A stretch of 64,000 nucleotides of DNA from Macrostomum hystrix (taxonomy: Eukaryota; Animalia; Platyhelminthes). Below, in pieces: positions 22,810 through 35,744 of this stretch. The translations under genes and the position numbers were made by a program. Numbering within the stretch: position 1 is the first letter of the stretch; every line of letters begins with the position of its first letter. The stretch lies in assembly GCA_950097015.1 (NCBI GenBank), contig CATNEN010000029.1, positions 1,798,001 to 1,862,000 of the forward strand. The letters run 5' to 3'. The notes under the pieces were generated by a model that ran no database searches, was not told the origin of the DNA, and saw nothing but the letters and a program-made list of their open reading frames with translations.

Positions 22810-24332
22810 ATAGAATCGCACTGATATTGCAGCTGGTATCGAAGCTAGAATCGCACTTATATCGCAGCTGGTATCGTAGCAATGGAATCGCACTGATATA
22901 GCAGCTGGTATCGTAGCTAGAATAGCACTGATATCGCAGCTGGTATCGTAACTAGAATCGAACTGATATCGCAGCTGGTATCGTAGCTAGAATCGCACTG
23001 ATATCGCAGCTGGTATCGTAGCTGGTATCGAAGCTAGAATCGCACTGATATCGCAGCTGGTATCGTAGCTAGAATCGCACTGATATTGCAGCTGGTATCG
23101 AAGCTAGAATCGCACTGATATCGCAGCTGGTATCGTAACTAGAATCGCACTGATATTGCAGCTGGTATCGAAGCTAGAATCGCACTGATATCGCAGCTGG
23201 TATCGTAGCTAGAATCGCACTGATATCGCAGCTGGTATCGTAGCTAGAATCGCACTGATATTGCAGCTGGTATCGAAGCTAGAATCGCACTGATATCGCA
23301 GCTGGTATCGTAACTAGAATCGCACTGATATTGCAGCTGGTATCGAAGCTAGAATCGCACTGATATCGCAGCTGGTATCGTAACTAGAATCGCACTGATA
23401 TCGCAGCTGGTATCGTAACTAGAATCGCACTGATATTGCAGCTGGTATCGTAGCTAGAATCGCACTGATATAGCAGCTGGTATCGTAGCTAGACTCGCAC
23501 TGATATCGCAGCTGGTATCGTAGCTAGAATCGCACTGATATTGCAGCTGGTATCGTAGCTAGACTCGCACTGATATCGCAGCTGGTATCGTAGCTAGACT
23601 CGCACTGATATCGCAGCTGGTATCGTAACTAGAATCGCACTGATATTGCAGCTGGTATCGTAGCTAGAATCGCACTGATATTGCAGCTGGTATCGTAGCT
23701 AGACTCGCACTGATATCGCAGCTGGTATCGTAGCTAGAATCGCACTGATATAGCAGCTGGTATCGTAGCTAGACTCGCACTGATATCGCAGCTGGTATCG
23801 TAGCTAGACTCGCACTGATATAGCAGCTGGTATCGAAGCTAGAATCGCACTGATATCGCAGCTGGTATCGTAGCTAGAATCGCACTGATATCGCAGCTGG
23901 TATCGTAGCTAGAATCGCACTGATATAGCAGCTGGTATCGTAGCTAGACTCGCACTGATATCGCAGCTGGTATCGTAGCTAGAATCGCACTGATATCGCA
24001 GCCGGTATCGTAGCTAGAATCGCACTGATATAGCAGCTGGTATCGTAGCTAGACTCGCACTGATATCGCAGCTGGTATCGTAGCTAGAATCGCACTGATA
24101 TAGCAGCTGGTATCGTAGCTAGAATCGCACTGATATAGCAGCTGGTATCGTAGCTAGACTCGCACTGATATCGCAGCTGGTATCGTAGCTAGAATCGCAC
24201 TGATATCGCAGCTGGTATCGTAGCTAGAATCGCACTGATATAGCAGCTGGTATCGTAGCTAGACTCGCACTGATATCGCAGCTGGTATCGTAGCTAGAAT
24301 CGCACTGATATCGCAGCTGGTATCGTAGCTAG
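22810..24332 (+). repeat. 35-bp minisatellite (GCTAGAATCGCACTGATATCGCAGCTGGTATCGTA), about 43 copies
   Basis: Period measured from 23173 to 23208 is 35 bp. Confidence 0.97.
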
Positions 24333-25097
24333 ATTTTTAGCATTTTTGCCCAATGCAACTAAAATTAATAAGGCTGGTTAAGTGCAAATTACATATTTTT
24401 TCGACCAAAAATACGGTTATATTTTTTTTGTAGTATAACTTATAAAATGTACTTTAATCGCGTTTGATATTCGATTTATTAGAAAACAGAATCATATATT
24501 GTCATTACATATATTTTATTATTACTGCTGTTATCAGAAGGTGATATTACACTCCTACTAAAGCGTTAATGCAATATGCGAACGAGTTATGGACGGCTAA
24601 ATAGTACGAAATACACAAGGAGAGAGCTTTTCAAGGACCACAACTAGCGACTATATAATTACAAGCATTTAGGTAGTACTATAGGTAGAACACTAGTACT
24701 ATAAAGGTATGGCTACCAATAAATAATGTTTTACCTGCATTCTTCCTTTACAATTTTAATTCTAGGACAAAGATCATTTTGCCTTCGTTGTTTAACAAAT
24801 TTCGACAATAATTATTAATTCTAGATTCAGAATTCAAGTTGCTTTAACAGTACCCAAAAGAGCCTAGTCTAAAATTAAATCTGCTTTTGTTAAAACTTTT
24901 TGGCGCGAATTTAAATATCTAATATGTTCATGTTCATAGTTCTAAGAATTAATTTCAAACGTTGAATGCCTAGTACAATGCCTTATACACTTTTGAACAT
25001 AAAAAAACAGGCGGTGTTGCCTGAGCAAAGCCTCTTAAACTGAACTAAAAAAGCGACGGCGGAAAAAATGTAGTTGTTTCTCAGACGGAAAGCGTTT

Positions 25098-25968
25098 CTA
25101 CTTCTTGTCGTAGGTGTCGGCATTCTTGTAGCCGCTGACGTAGCCCTCGTTCTTGACGACATTCTCGCGGCCCTCCTTGCCCTTGCCCTTGCCGGAGTCC
25201 GCGTCGAAGCGCTCCTTGTGAGCCCCGGTGTAGCCTTTCACGTCCGTGAGGCGCTTCGTGGCGCCATCATTTGAAGCGGCCTGGGCGGATGGTAATGAGA
25301 CTGTAATAAAAATAATAATTAAAAAATGGATTACACCTGCCCTGATCGGGTCAGATGTGCAGTCCATGGACAGGGCGGACGCCACCTACTCTTGAGTCCG
25401 ACGCTCTAACCACAAGGCTACAACCACCTCAACTGTACAGTTCTGTACTGTACAGTAGCTCTCAATTGCACTGTACTAGGTGGCAGTACAGTTCTGCTTG
25501 TACAATAATAAATCCAATTTGAACTCTGCGACAATATTCCCCAGAAGCAGTTACCGTGGCACCGTGAGCAGCTGGCTTGTGATCAGCGATCAGCTTCTTG
25601 ACGTCCTCATCGGCCTTGTCGGCGTTGTCCACCTTCTTCTTGGTGGCCGCCTCGGCGCAGAAGTGCTTCAGAAAGGAGCAGAACTGATTATAGTCCAGGT
25701 CGCTGGAGTACGGACAGGCAGTTGGGGATTTGAGCACAGTTCTGTCTGATTACGTCAAACGCAAACAAAACAGCCACACTCACCCCTTGATCTTCTCCTT
25801 GCCCTTGAACGAGGACACGGAGATGTCCATATCGTTGGATGTCATCTTGAGCGCCTTGAAGACGCCGCAGTCGGTGAAGATCTTCTTGATGGTCTTGTCG
25901 CTAGCCTTGTCCGAGCCTTTCTTTGTGGCGTCGCAGAATGCGGTAAAACTCGACTTCAGTTCAGCCAT
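25098..25968 (-). CDS. TPPP: Tubulin polymerization-promoting protein (p25-alpha domain), 171 aa, 3 coding exons
   Basis: Exons 25968-25784, 25702-25555 and 25280-25098 (phases 2, 0; GT-AG). The C-terminus [43 protein letters not shown] matches the TPPP signature RLTD..YTGSHKERFD..GKGKG..GR. Confidence 0.95.
25302..25428 (-). mobile_element. SINE family B, deleted copy in TPPP intron 2
   Basis: The minus strand reads GTAGCCTTGTGGTTAGAGCGTCGGACTC..GTCCATGGAC..ACATCTGACCCGATC, matching 62110-62320, followed by a T/ATT-rich tail. Confidence 0.72.
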
Positions 25969-26464
25969 AGCAACTGCGGAATGTGATTCTCACAATTCAG
26001 ACAGAGAGAGCCTCAGCCAAGGGAAAGCGGAACTGACTGCAGTTTTTTATCCCCTTGCATTCTTCCTCATTTCCCAACCTCCCCTCGTCACTGCACCCAC
26101 CCAGAAATTCCTTCTATCTATTCAGTGCTGCACATCTGAGTACTTTTGAGTACACTTGCATAACTCAAAATCGTCCATTTCCAACTCTCTCCCCTGAATA
26201 ACTTCCCAATTATTTCTCTTCCTCTCTCAACACAGGATTTGGCCATGCTGTTTGCGTTGCTAAGGTCCGATCTATCCCGGCAACGCACACACACGCACGC
26301 ACGCACACAAATGCAGCAGGCAGGCTTTTTTATGGTCGATATCTCGTTCCGTGTATAAAATGTATAAAAATGTATAAATAATCACAGGACTACTAACTTC
26401 GTACTTTCAGTAGTCAGCTAGGTGTTTAGCATGGACAGAAATTAAATTGTAATTTAGCTTACAA

Positions 26465-29400
26465 GGCTGGAGTGACCCCGAATCCTTCTAGATTACTCTT
26501 GGAGTGACCCCGATTCCTTCTAGATTACTCTTGGAGTGACCCCGCTTCCTTCTAGATTAATTACTCTTGGAGTGACCCCGATCCCTTCTAGATTATTCTT
26601 GGAGTGACCCCGATGCCTTCTAGATTACTCTTGGAGTGACCCCGATGCCTTCTAGATAATTCTTGGAGTGACCCTGATTCCTTCTAGATTACTCTTGGAG
26701 TGACCCTGATTCCTTCTAGATTACTCTTCGAGTGACCCTGATTCCTTCTAGATTACTCTTAGTGTGACCCCGATTCCTTGTAGATTACTCTTGGAGTGAC
26801 CCCGATTCCTTCTAGATTAATTACTCTTGGAGTGACCCCGATTCCTTATAGATTACTCTTGGAGTGACCCCGATTCCTTCTAGATTACTCTTCGAGTGAC
26901 CCTGATTCCTTCTAGATTACTCTTGGAGTGACCCCGATGCCTTCTAGATTACACTTGGAGTGACCCCGATGCCTTCTAGATTATTCTTGGAGTGACCCTG
27001 ATTCCTTCTAGATTACTCTTGGAGTGACCCTGATTCCTTCTAGATTACTCTTGGAGTGACCCTGATTCCTTCTAGATTACTCTTGGAGTGACCCTGATTC
27101 CTTCTAGATTACTCTACGAGTGACCCTGATTCCTTCTAGATTACTCTTGGAGTGACCCCGATTCCTTCTAGATTAATTACTCTTAGTGTGACCCCGATTC
27201 CTTGTAGATTACTCTTGGAGTGACCCCGATTCCTTCTAGATTAATTACTCTTGGAGTGACCCCGATTCCTTATAGATTACTCTTGGAGTGACCCCGATTC
27301 CTTCTAGATTACTCTTCGAGTGACCCTGATTCCTTCTAGATTACTCTTGGAGTGACCCCGATGCCTTCTAGATTACTCTTGGAGTGACCCCGATTCCTTC
27401 TAGATGAATTACTCTTAGTGTGACCCCGATTCCTTGTAGATTACTCTTGGAGTGACCCCGATTCCTTCTAGATTAATTACTCTTGGAGTGACCCCGATTC
27501 CTTATAGATTACTCTTGGAGTGACCCCGATCCCTTCTAGATTATTCTTGGAGTGACCCCGATGCCTTCTAGATTACTCTTGGAGTGACCCCGATGCCTTC
27601 TAGATTACTCTTGGAGTGACCCTGATTCCTTTTAGATTACTCTTCGAGTGACCCCGATTCCTTGTAGATTACTCTTGGAGTGACCCCGATTCCTTCTAGA
27701 TTAATTACTCTTGGAGTGACCCCGATTCCTTATAGATTACTCTTGGAGTGACCCCGATGCCTTCTAGATTACTCTTGGAGTGACCCCGATTCCTTCTAGA
27801 TTACTCTTGGAGTGACCCCGATGCCTTCTAGATTATTCTTGGAGTGACCCTGATTCCTTCTAGATTACTCTTGGAGTGACCCTGATTCCTTCTAGATTAC
27901 TCTTGGAGTGACCCTGATTCCTTCTAGATTACTCTTGGAGTGACCCTGATTCCTTCTAGATTACTCTACGAGTGACCCTGATTCCTTCTAGATTACTCTT
28001 GGAGTGACCCCGATTCCTTCTAGATTAATTACTCTTAGTGTGACCCCGATTCCTTGTAGATTACTCTTGGAGTGACCCCGATTCCTTCTAGATTAATTAC
28101 TTTTGGAGTGACCCCGATGCCTTCTAGATTAATCTTGGAGTAACCCCGATCCCTTCTAGATTAATCTTGGAGTGACCCCGATTCCTTCTAGATTAATTAA
28201 TCTTGGAGTGACCCCGATGCCTTCTAGATTAATCTTGGAGTGACCCTGATTCCTTCTAGATTACTCTTGGAGTGACCCTGATTCCTTCTAGATTACTCTT
28301 CGAGTGACCCTGATTCTTTCTAGATTACTCTTGGAGTGACCCCGATTCCTTCTAGATTAATTACTCTTAGTGTGACCCCGATTCCTTGTAGATTACTCTT
28401 GGAGTGACCCCGATTCCTTCTAGATTAATTACTTTTGGAGTGACCCCGATGCCTTCTAGATTAATCTTGGAGTAACCCCGATCCCTTCTAGATTAATCTT
28501 GGAGTGACCCCGATTCCTTCTAGATTAATTAATCTTGGAGTGACCCCGATGCCTTCTAGATTAATCTTGGAGTGACCCTGATTCCTTCTAGATTAATTAA
28601 TCTTGGAGTGACCCCGATGCCTTCTAGATTACTCTTGGAGTGACCCCGATGCCTTCTAGATTACTCTTGGAGTGACCCTGATTCCTTCTAGATTACTCTT
28701 GGAGTGACCCTGATTCCTTCTAGATTACTCTTGGAGTGACCCTGATGCCTTCTAGATTACTCATGGAGTGACCCCGATTCCTTCTAGATTAATTACTCTT
28801 GGAGTGACCCCGATTCCTTCTAGATTAATTACTCTTAGTGTGACCCCGATTCCTTGTAGATTACTCTTGGAGTGACCCCGATGCCTTCTAGATTACTCTT
28901 GGAGTGACCCCGATTCCTTCTAGATGAATTACTCTTAGTGTGACCCCGATTCCTTGTAGATTACTCTTGGAGTGACCCCGATTCCTTCTAGATTAATTAC
29001 TCTTGGAGTGACCCCGATTCCTTATAGATTACTCTTGGAGTGACCCTGATTCCTTCTAGATTACTCTTGGAGTGACCCTGATTCCTTCTAGATTACTCTT
29101 GGAGTGACCCCGATTCCTTCTAGATTAATTACTCTTAGTGTGACCCCGATGCCTTCTAGATTAATCTTGGAGTGACCCCGATTCCTTCTAGATTACTCTT
29201 GGAGTGACCCTGATTCCTTCTAGATTACTCTTGGAGTGACCCCGATTCCTTCTAGATTAATTACTCTTAGTGTGACCCCGATTCCTTGTAGATTACTCTT
29301 GGAGTGACCCCGATTCCTTCTAGATTACTCTTGGAGTGACCCTGATTCCTTCTAGATTACTCTTGGAGTGACCCTGATTCCTTCTAGATTACTCTTGGAG

Positions 29401-29970
29401 TGACCCCGATTCCTTCTAGATTAATTACTCTTAGTGTGACCCCGATTCCTTGTAGATTACTCTTGGAGTGACCCCGATTCCTTCTAGATTAATTACTTTT
29501 GGAGTGACCCCGATGCCTTCTAGATTAATCTTGGAGTAACCCCGATCCCTTCTAGATTACTCTTGAAGTGACCCTGATTCCTTCTAGATTACTCTTGGAG
29601 TGACCCTGATTCCTTCTAGATTACTCTTGGAGTGACCCCGATTCCTTCTAGATTAATTACTCTTAGTGTGACCCCGATTCCTTGTAGATTACTCTTGGAG
29701 TGACCCCGATTCCTTCTAGATTAATTACTTTTGGAGTGACCCCGATGCCTTCTAGATTAATCTTGGAGTAACCCCGATCCCTTCTAGATTAATCTTGGAG
29801 TGACCCCGATTCCTTCTAGATTAAATGATCTTGGAGTGACCCCGATGCCTTTTAGATTAATCTTGGAGTGACCCTGATTCCTTCTAGATTAATTAATCTT
29901 GGAGTGACCCCGATGCCTTCTAAGATTAATCTTGGAGTGACCCTGATTCCTTCTAGATTACTCTTGGAGT
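26465..29970 (+). repeat. 32-bp minisatellite (TTGGAGTGACCCCGATTCCTTCTAGATTACTC) with +4-bp variants, more than 100 copies
   Basis: Visible unit with recurring variant cassettes. Confidence 0.97.
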
Positions 29971-30559
29971 TGCGTGTGTCAGCCCAGGGGCCAGCGAAAT
30001 TCAGGCGTTGAAAATCATTTTTAAATATATAAATTTGCACCAAGATAACAAAACGACAGCAGCCTCGCTTTTCCATGCATTCGACTGTTGCCATGCCTAA
30101 TTTCGATAGAAGGAAAATTTGTCAAAGCACCGAGGCATTTCTACTCGCATTTATCTTCTCTTTTAGAGTAGAATTTCAGTGCATTAATTTTCAGCCTCGC
30201 TATTAGTTTCATTAGTTTCATTGACACGCCGTGCACTGGGGACGTTGTACCTGGCCCGAAGGATATCCCCGAACCAACCTACCCTCACACATCAGCTTTC
30301 CCGTCATGCAGGCAGGCAGCAGCAGCAGCAGCAGCAGCGCCAGCAGCATCACCCAGCTAGGGTTTCAAATTCATTCAGGTTGGAGATCTTTGCCGAACGA
30401 GTGTCTCGCTCCAGGTAATTCGATCGGGAAAAAATCGCCGATATCCCACCTTAATCTACCTGCAGATTAAATCTAATCCGCGCCTTTTGTTTCTAAATGC
30501 GAATGCTGCATGGCTGCCTCAGATTAGCTTAAACTGCTGATTAAGAACGGAATCGAGAT

Positions 30560-31225
30560 GGGGACCTGGGAGGATGGGATCGAGATGGGGATATTAGAGA
30601 ATAGGTTCAAATTAAGATCTCGGAGAATGGGGTCGTTTTGGGGTTTGTGATGATGGGGTTGAGATGGGATTTGAGAGAATGGAATTTCGATTGGGATGTG
30701 GGAGAATGAGTTCATAATGGGGATCTGAGAAAATGGGATTTCGATTAAGATCTTGGAGAATGAGATCAGAATTGGGATCTGACAGAATGGGATTCCGATT
30801 GGGATCTGAGAGAATGAGTTCAGAATTGGGATCTGACAGAATGGGATTCCGATTGGGATCTGGGAGAATGAGTTCAGAATTGGGATCTGACAGAATGGGA
30901 TTCCGATTGGGATCTGAGAGAATGAGTTCAGAATTGGGATCTGACAGAATGGGATTTCGATTGGGATCTGGGAGAATGAGTTCAGAATGGGGATCTGACA
31001 GAATGGGATTCCGATTGGGATCTGGGAGAATGAGTTCAGAATTGTGATCTGACAGAATGGGATTCCGATTGGGATCTGAGAGAATGAGTTCAGAATTGGG
31101 ATCTGACAGAATGGGATTTCGATTGGGATCTGGGAGAATGAGTTCAGAATGGGGATTTGGCAGAATGGGATTTCGATTGGGATCTGGGAGAATGAGTTCA
31201 GAATGGGGAATTGAGAAAATGGGTT
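30560..31225 (+). repeat. 54-bp dimeric minisatellite (GGGATCT/GAGAATG subunits)
   Basis: Visible; 18-aa periodic ORFs on both strands. Confidence 0.92.
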
Positions 31226-32159
31226 CGACGCGAAACTTTGGGAGTCGATCAGGTCGACATGTAGGTCTTGGTGGATCGCAAGATTGCGCGAATGTGATTA
31301 GAAAGTAGATCTTAGATCGATCAATACAAGCACTAAATTTCAGTGCATGCAGACAATGAGAGGTCCGTCTGTAGCGGAGAGTTGCTGGCCAATTTCTTGG
31401 CCAATTCGCAAGTAGGAAAAACGGCAAAAGTGTGACGCCTTTGTGGAGCACACTGTAGTAATTACACTATATAATTCAACTGTAACACTCTTATTCAATA
31501 ACAATAACGCCAAAAAACACAAACTGACGCGATAGTAAAAAGGGAGAGTAAAAAAAAACAAAAGCGTTATAATTGAAATGGCTTCCGCAACTGCGTGTTC
31601 GGATCGCTGCTTTTGTTGCTTTCGCTAAAATAAGACGCGACACTGCTTTGCTTTGTAGGGCCGAACAAAATTGACTTGTGCGACTCAGACAGAGTCTAAG
31701 ACAGCTAATTAGACAAAAATGCCCTGTAAAAGCGAGACATAAAATAAAATTATAGGAAAACACAAAAATAAAAACGCAGGTAAAAAGACGACACCTGTTA
31801 GTTCAAAAAAGTTTCTTAAGGTTGAGTCGAAGTCGAGTCATGGTTAATTATAAAAACGAAGGTAAAAACTATTCGTAGGGTAAAAATTTATAGACCAAAC
31901 TAAAAAAACATTTAGGTAGACGGCATCTCAACTGCAAAAGTAGCCAGGTGAGAATTTCATATAACTGATACTAAAAATACCTTTTAAATGAGCCATTCGA
32001 TCAGCACCCTCAGTTCAAGAATGAGTTTGACAACTTTATATTTGGTTTTCCTTAATGGCGGCGTACCCATCAGCCAATTTTCTCTAAATTAGTGCAGGCG
32101 CACCCATAAATTCACTTTCTCTCCCATAATACCGATCCACCACCACAAAATTTTCATCC

Positions 32160-32480
32160 CTTGGTTTTAGCGCACCCACCACCCCATTTTCCGTCCCTTG
32201 GTTTTAGCGCACCCACCACCCCATTTTCCGTCCCTTGGTTTTAGCGCACCCACCACCCCATTTTCCGTCCCTTGGTTTTAGCGCACCCACCACCCCATTT
32301 TCCGTCCCTTGGTTTTAGCGCACCCACCACTCCATTTTCCGTCCATTGGTTTTAGCGCACCCACCACTCCATTTTCCGTCCATTGGTTTTAGCGCACCCA
32401 CCACCCCATTTTCCGTCCCTTGGTTTTAGCGCACCCACCACCTATTTGCCGTCCCTTGTTTTTTGCGCACCCACCCCCAT
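32160..32480 (+). repeat. 37-bp tandem repeat (CCTTGGTTTTAGCGCACCCACCACCCCATTTTCCGTC), about 8 copies
   Basis: Visible. Confidence 0.92.
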
Positions 32481-33274
32481 TATCCGTCTCTTTGATTCCG
32501 GCGCACGGCTTTGTTTTTGAGAGCTGAACGAGTGCATGTGAAATTGAATACCTTAAATCCGATTTTTCGCATCTAAAAAGCAGTACATGAAAAGCGAGTT
32601 AAAAAGTAAGCAAGATTTACAGAATTAAAACAAGGAATGCGAGTGCCCGAAAAAACTAACTGCAAGGACTAGCTCACATGTTCGAAGCTTTGCTAATCGA
32701 TTGTACACTTACAATTTGCTGTTTGTCAAAAGGTGAGATAACTGTTCAATGTTCATACACTGGTTCATACGGAAAGATTATTTATTACAAATAAGTCAAC
32801 AATTCTTTCAATAATACAATTGACAATTTGGGAAAGAAAGGGTGAGGAAAACTAGTAACAATGCGAGGCAGACAGAATACACGGCTAAAAGCGAAGCGCA
32901 GTGACTAGTAAGTAGTAAGTTCTTGCTTATATGCGTTAAGCAAAAAATTGGAATAATCTGCTGACTGAGTGAACGCCGCAGATCCGTTCACAGGGGAAGG
33001 TAGAACATGCGGCAGCAATAGACGGTGGTTGGTCTGATTGGCATTAACGAGTTGATGTTCTATACTAACTGTCTTACAAACATCATAGATGTATGTATAC
33101 TGTTTATGTACAAAAACCAACTGATACAAAGCTTGGCAAGCGAGAGCAACAGTGGTTAAGATGGGGAAAATATAAGAAAGGTACGATCATTTATTAAATT
33201 AAATGGAATAAAAACTTGTCGCAAATTATAAAATGTATTAATGATTGCTGACAAGCTGAGGGTTCTGTAATTGA

Positions 33275-34930
33275 GAGATCTGGGATCGCTCACAGGCTGA
33301 GGGATCTGGGATTGCTGACAGGCTGAGGGATCTGGGATTGCTGACAGGCTGAGGGATCTGGGATTGCTCACAGGCTGAGGGATCTGGGATCGCTCACAGG
33401 CTGAGGGATCTGGGATCGCTCACAGGCTGAGGGATCTGGGATTGCTGACAGGCTGAGGGATCTGGGATTGCTCACAGGCTGAGGGATCTGGGATCGCTCA
33501 CAGGCTGAGGGATCTGGGATTGCTCACAGGCTGAGGGATCTGGGATCGCTCACAGGCTGAGGGATCTGGGATCGCTCACAGGCTGAGGGATCTGGGATTG
33601 CTCACAGGCTGAGGGATCTGGGATTGCTCACAGGCTGAGGGATCTGGGATCGCTCACAGGCTGAGGGATCTGGGATTGCTCACAGGCTGAGGGATCTGGG
33701 ATCGCTCACAGGCTGAGGGATCTGGGATCGCTCACAGGCTGAGGGATCTGGGATTGCTCACAGGCTGAGGGATCTGGGATCGCTCACAGGCTGAGGGATC
33801 TGGGATCGCTCACAGGCTGAGGGATCTGGGATTGCTCACAGGCTGAGGGATCTGGGATCGCTCACAGGCTGAGGGATCTGGGATCGCTCACAGGCTGAGG
33901 GATCTGGGATCGCTCACAGGCTGAGGGATCTGGGATTGCTCACAGGCTGAGGGATCTGGGATCGCTCACAGGCTGAGGGATCTGGGATTGCTCACAGGCT
34001 GAGGGATCTGGGATCGCTCACAGGCTGAGGGATCTGGGATCGCTCACAGGCTGAGGGATCTGGGATCGCTCACAGGCTGAGGGATCTGGGATTGCTCACA
34101 GGCTGAGGGATCTGGGATCGCTCACAGGCTGAGGGATCTGGGATCGCTCACAGGCTGAGGGATCTGGGATCGCTCACAGGCTGAGGGATCTGGGATTGCT
34201 CACAGGCTGAGGGATCTGGGATCGCTCACAGGCTGAGGGATCTGGGATCGCTCACAGGCTGAGGGATCTGGGATCGCTCACAGGCTGAGGGATCTGGGAT
34301 TGCTCACAGGCTGAGGGATCTGGGATCGCTCACAGGCTGAGGGATCTGGGATTGCTCACAGGCTGAGGGATCTGGGATCGCTCACAGGCTGAGGGATCTG
34401 GGATCGCTCACAGGCTGAGGGATCTGGGATCGCTCACAGGCTGAGGGATCTGGGATTGCTCACAGGCTGAGGGATCTGGGATCGCTCACAGGCTGAGGGA
34501 TCTGGGATCGCTCACAGGCTGAGGGATCTGGGATCGCTCACAGGCTGAGGGATCTGGGATCGCTCACAGGCTGAGGGATCTGGGATCGCTCACAGGCTGA
34601 GGGATCTGGGATCGCTCACAGGCTGAGGGATCTGGGATTGCTGACAGGCTGAGGGATCTGGGATTGCTGACAGGCTGAGGGATCTGGGATCGCTCACAGG
34701 CTGAGGGATCTGGGATCGCTCACAGGCTGAGGGATCTGGGATCGCTCACAGGCTGAGGGATCTGGGATCGCTCACAGGCTGAGGGATCTGGGATTGCTGA
34801 CAGGCTGAGGGATCTGGGATTGCTGACAGGCTGAGGGATCTATAATTGAGAGATCTGGGATTGCTCACAGGCTGAGGGATCTATAATTGAGAGATCTGGG
34901 ATTGCTCACAGGCTGAGGGATCTGGGATAC
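33275..34930 (+). repeat. 26-bp minisatellite (GGGATCTGGGATCGCTCACAGGCTGA), about 63 copies
   Basis: Period measured from 33481 to 33507 is 26 bp. Confidence 0.97.
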
Positions 34931-35744
34931 TTTGACAAGCGGGTAGAATTTGAACATTAAAAAGACTTTTTCAAGTTATAATCACGCAACGAAATTAGAG
35001 GAAAAAAAAAACAGAGTAAAAACAAGGAAATAATATCCAAAATGACTAGACAGACTGTCAAGCAGACAAGTACGCTTTAACCTACGTTTTCTCGTGCTAT
35101 AATACATTTTCCTGTACAGTTAGATGTCATCCTGTACAGTCATATTTCATCCTGTACGGTTGGATTTCATATTGTACAGTTAGATTTCATCTTGTACATT
35201 TAGATATTACCGGACCTGTACACACTCTAAAATTTGAGCACATTCTCAAAAAAATTACTATTGCCAGATTAACTATTGATTGCTCAATGCATATAAAAAG
35301 TAAAAAAAGGTAAAAAAGTAAAGTGTAAACAAGCAATGATTGAACGAATGTGGACTGACAAAGACATCCTTCACGAGGCAACAAAGCATGCGTATAATAA
35401 TGGCTCACGGAAAAGACTGCGATCAAAAGTACAAAATACTTTAAGAGATTTACTTATGCTTGTTTAACTTGGAAATAAGCAAAAAATAAGGTTTAATAAA
35501 TCTCTTTGCAGTAGTTTCAAGGGTAAAAGAGATCCAATTGATCAATAATTACACACACGTAGATCTAGAAAACTGCGCATGTCTCTGCGTGAAAAATCTA
35601 AACTAACAAAATGTTTATCAACAATGCATAAAAAATCGCTATAGAAACACATTGAAAGCAAGACAGGCCCTTTTATTTGACATTGTGCTCAACGAAAAGT
35701 AGGGCGACTTTATAATTTTGTTACATTGGAAACCGTCCTGATCT

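Noticed and set aside
30221-30470. CAG-repeat segment that could be a poly-Ser/Gln exon
   Set aside because: No partner exons and no clear frame; it may be just a microsatellite.
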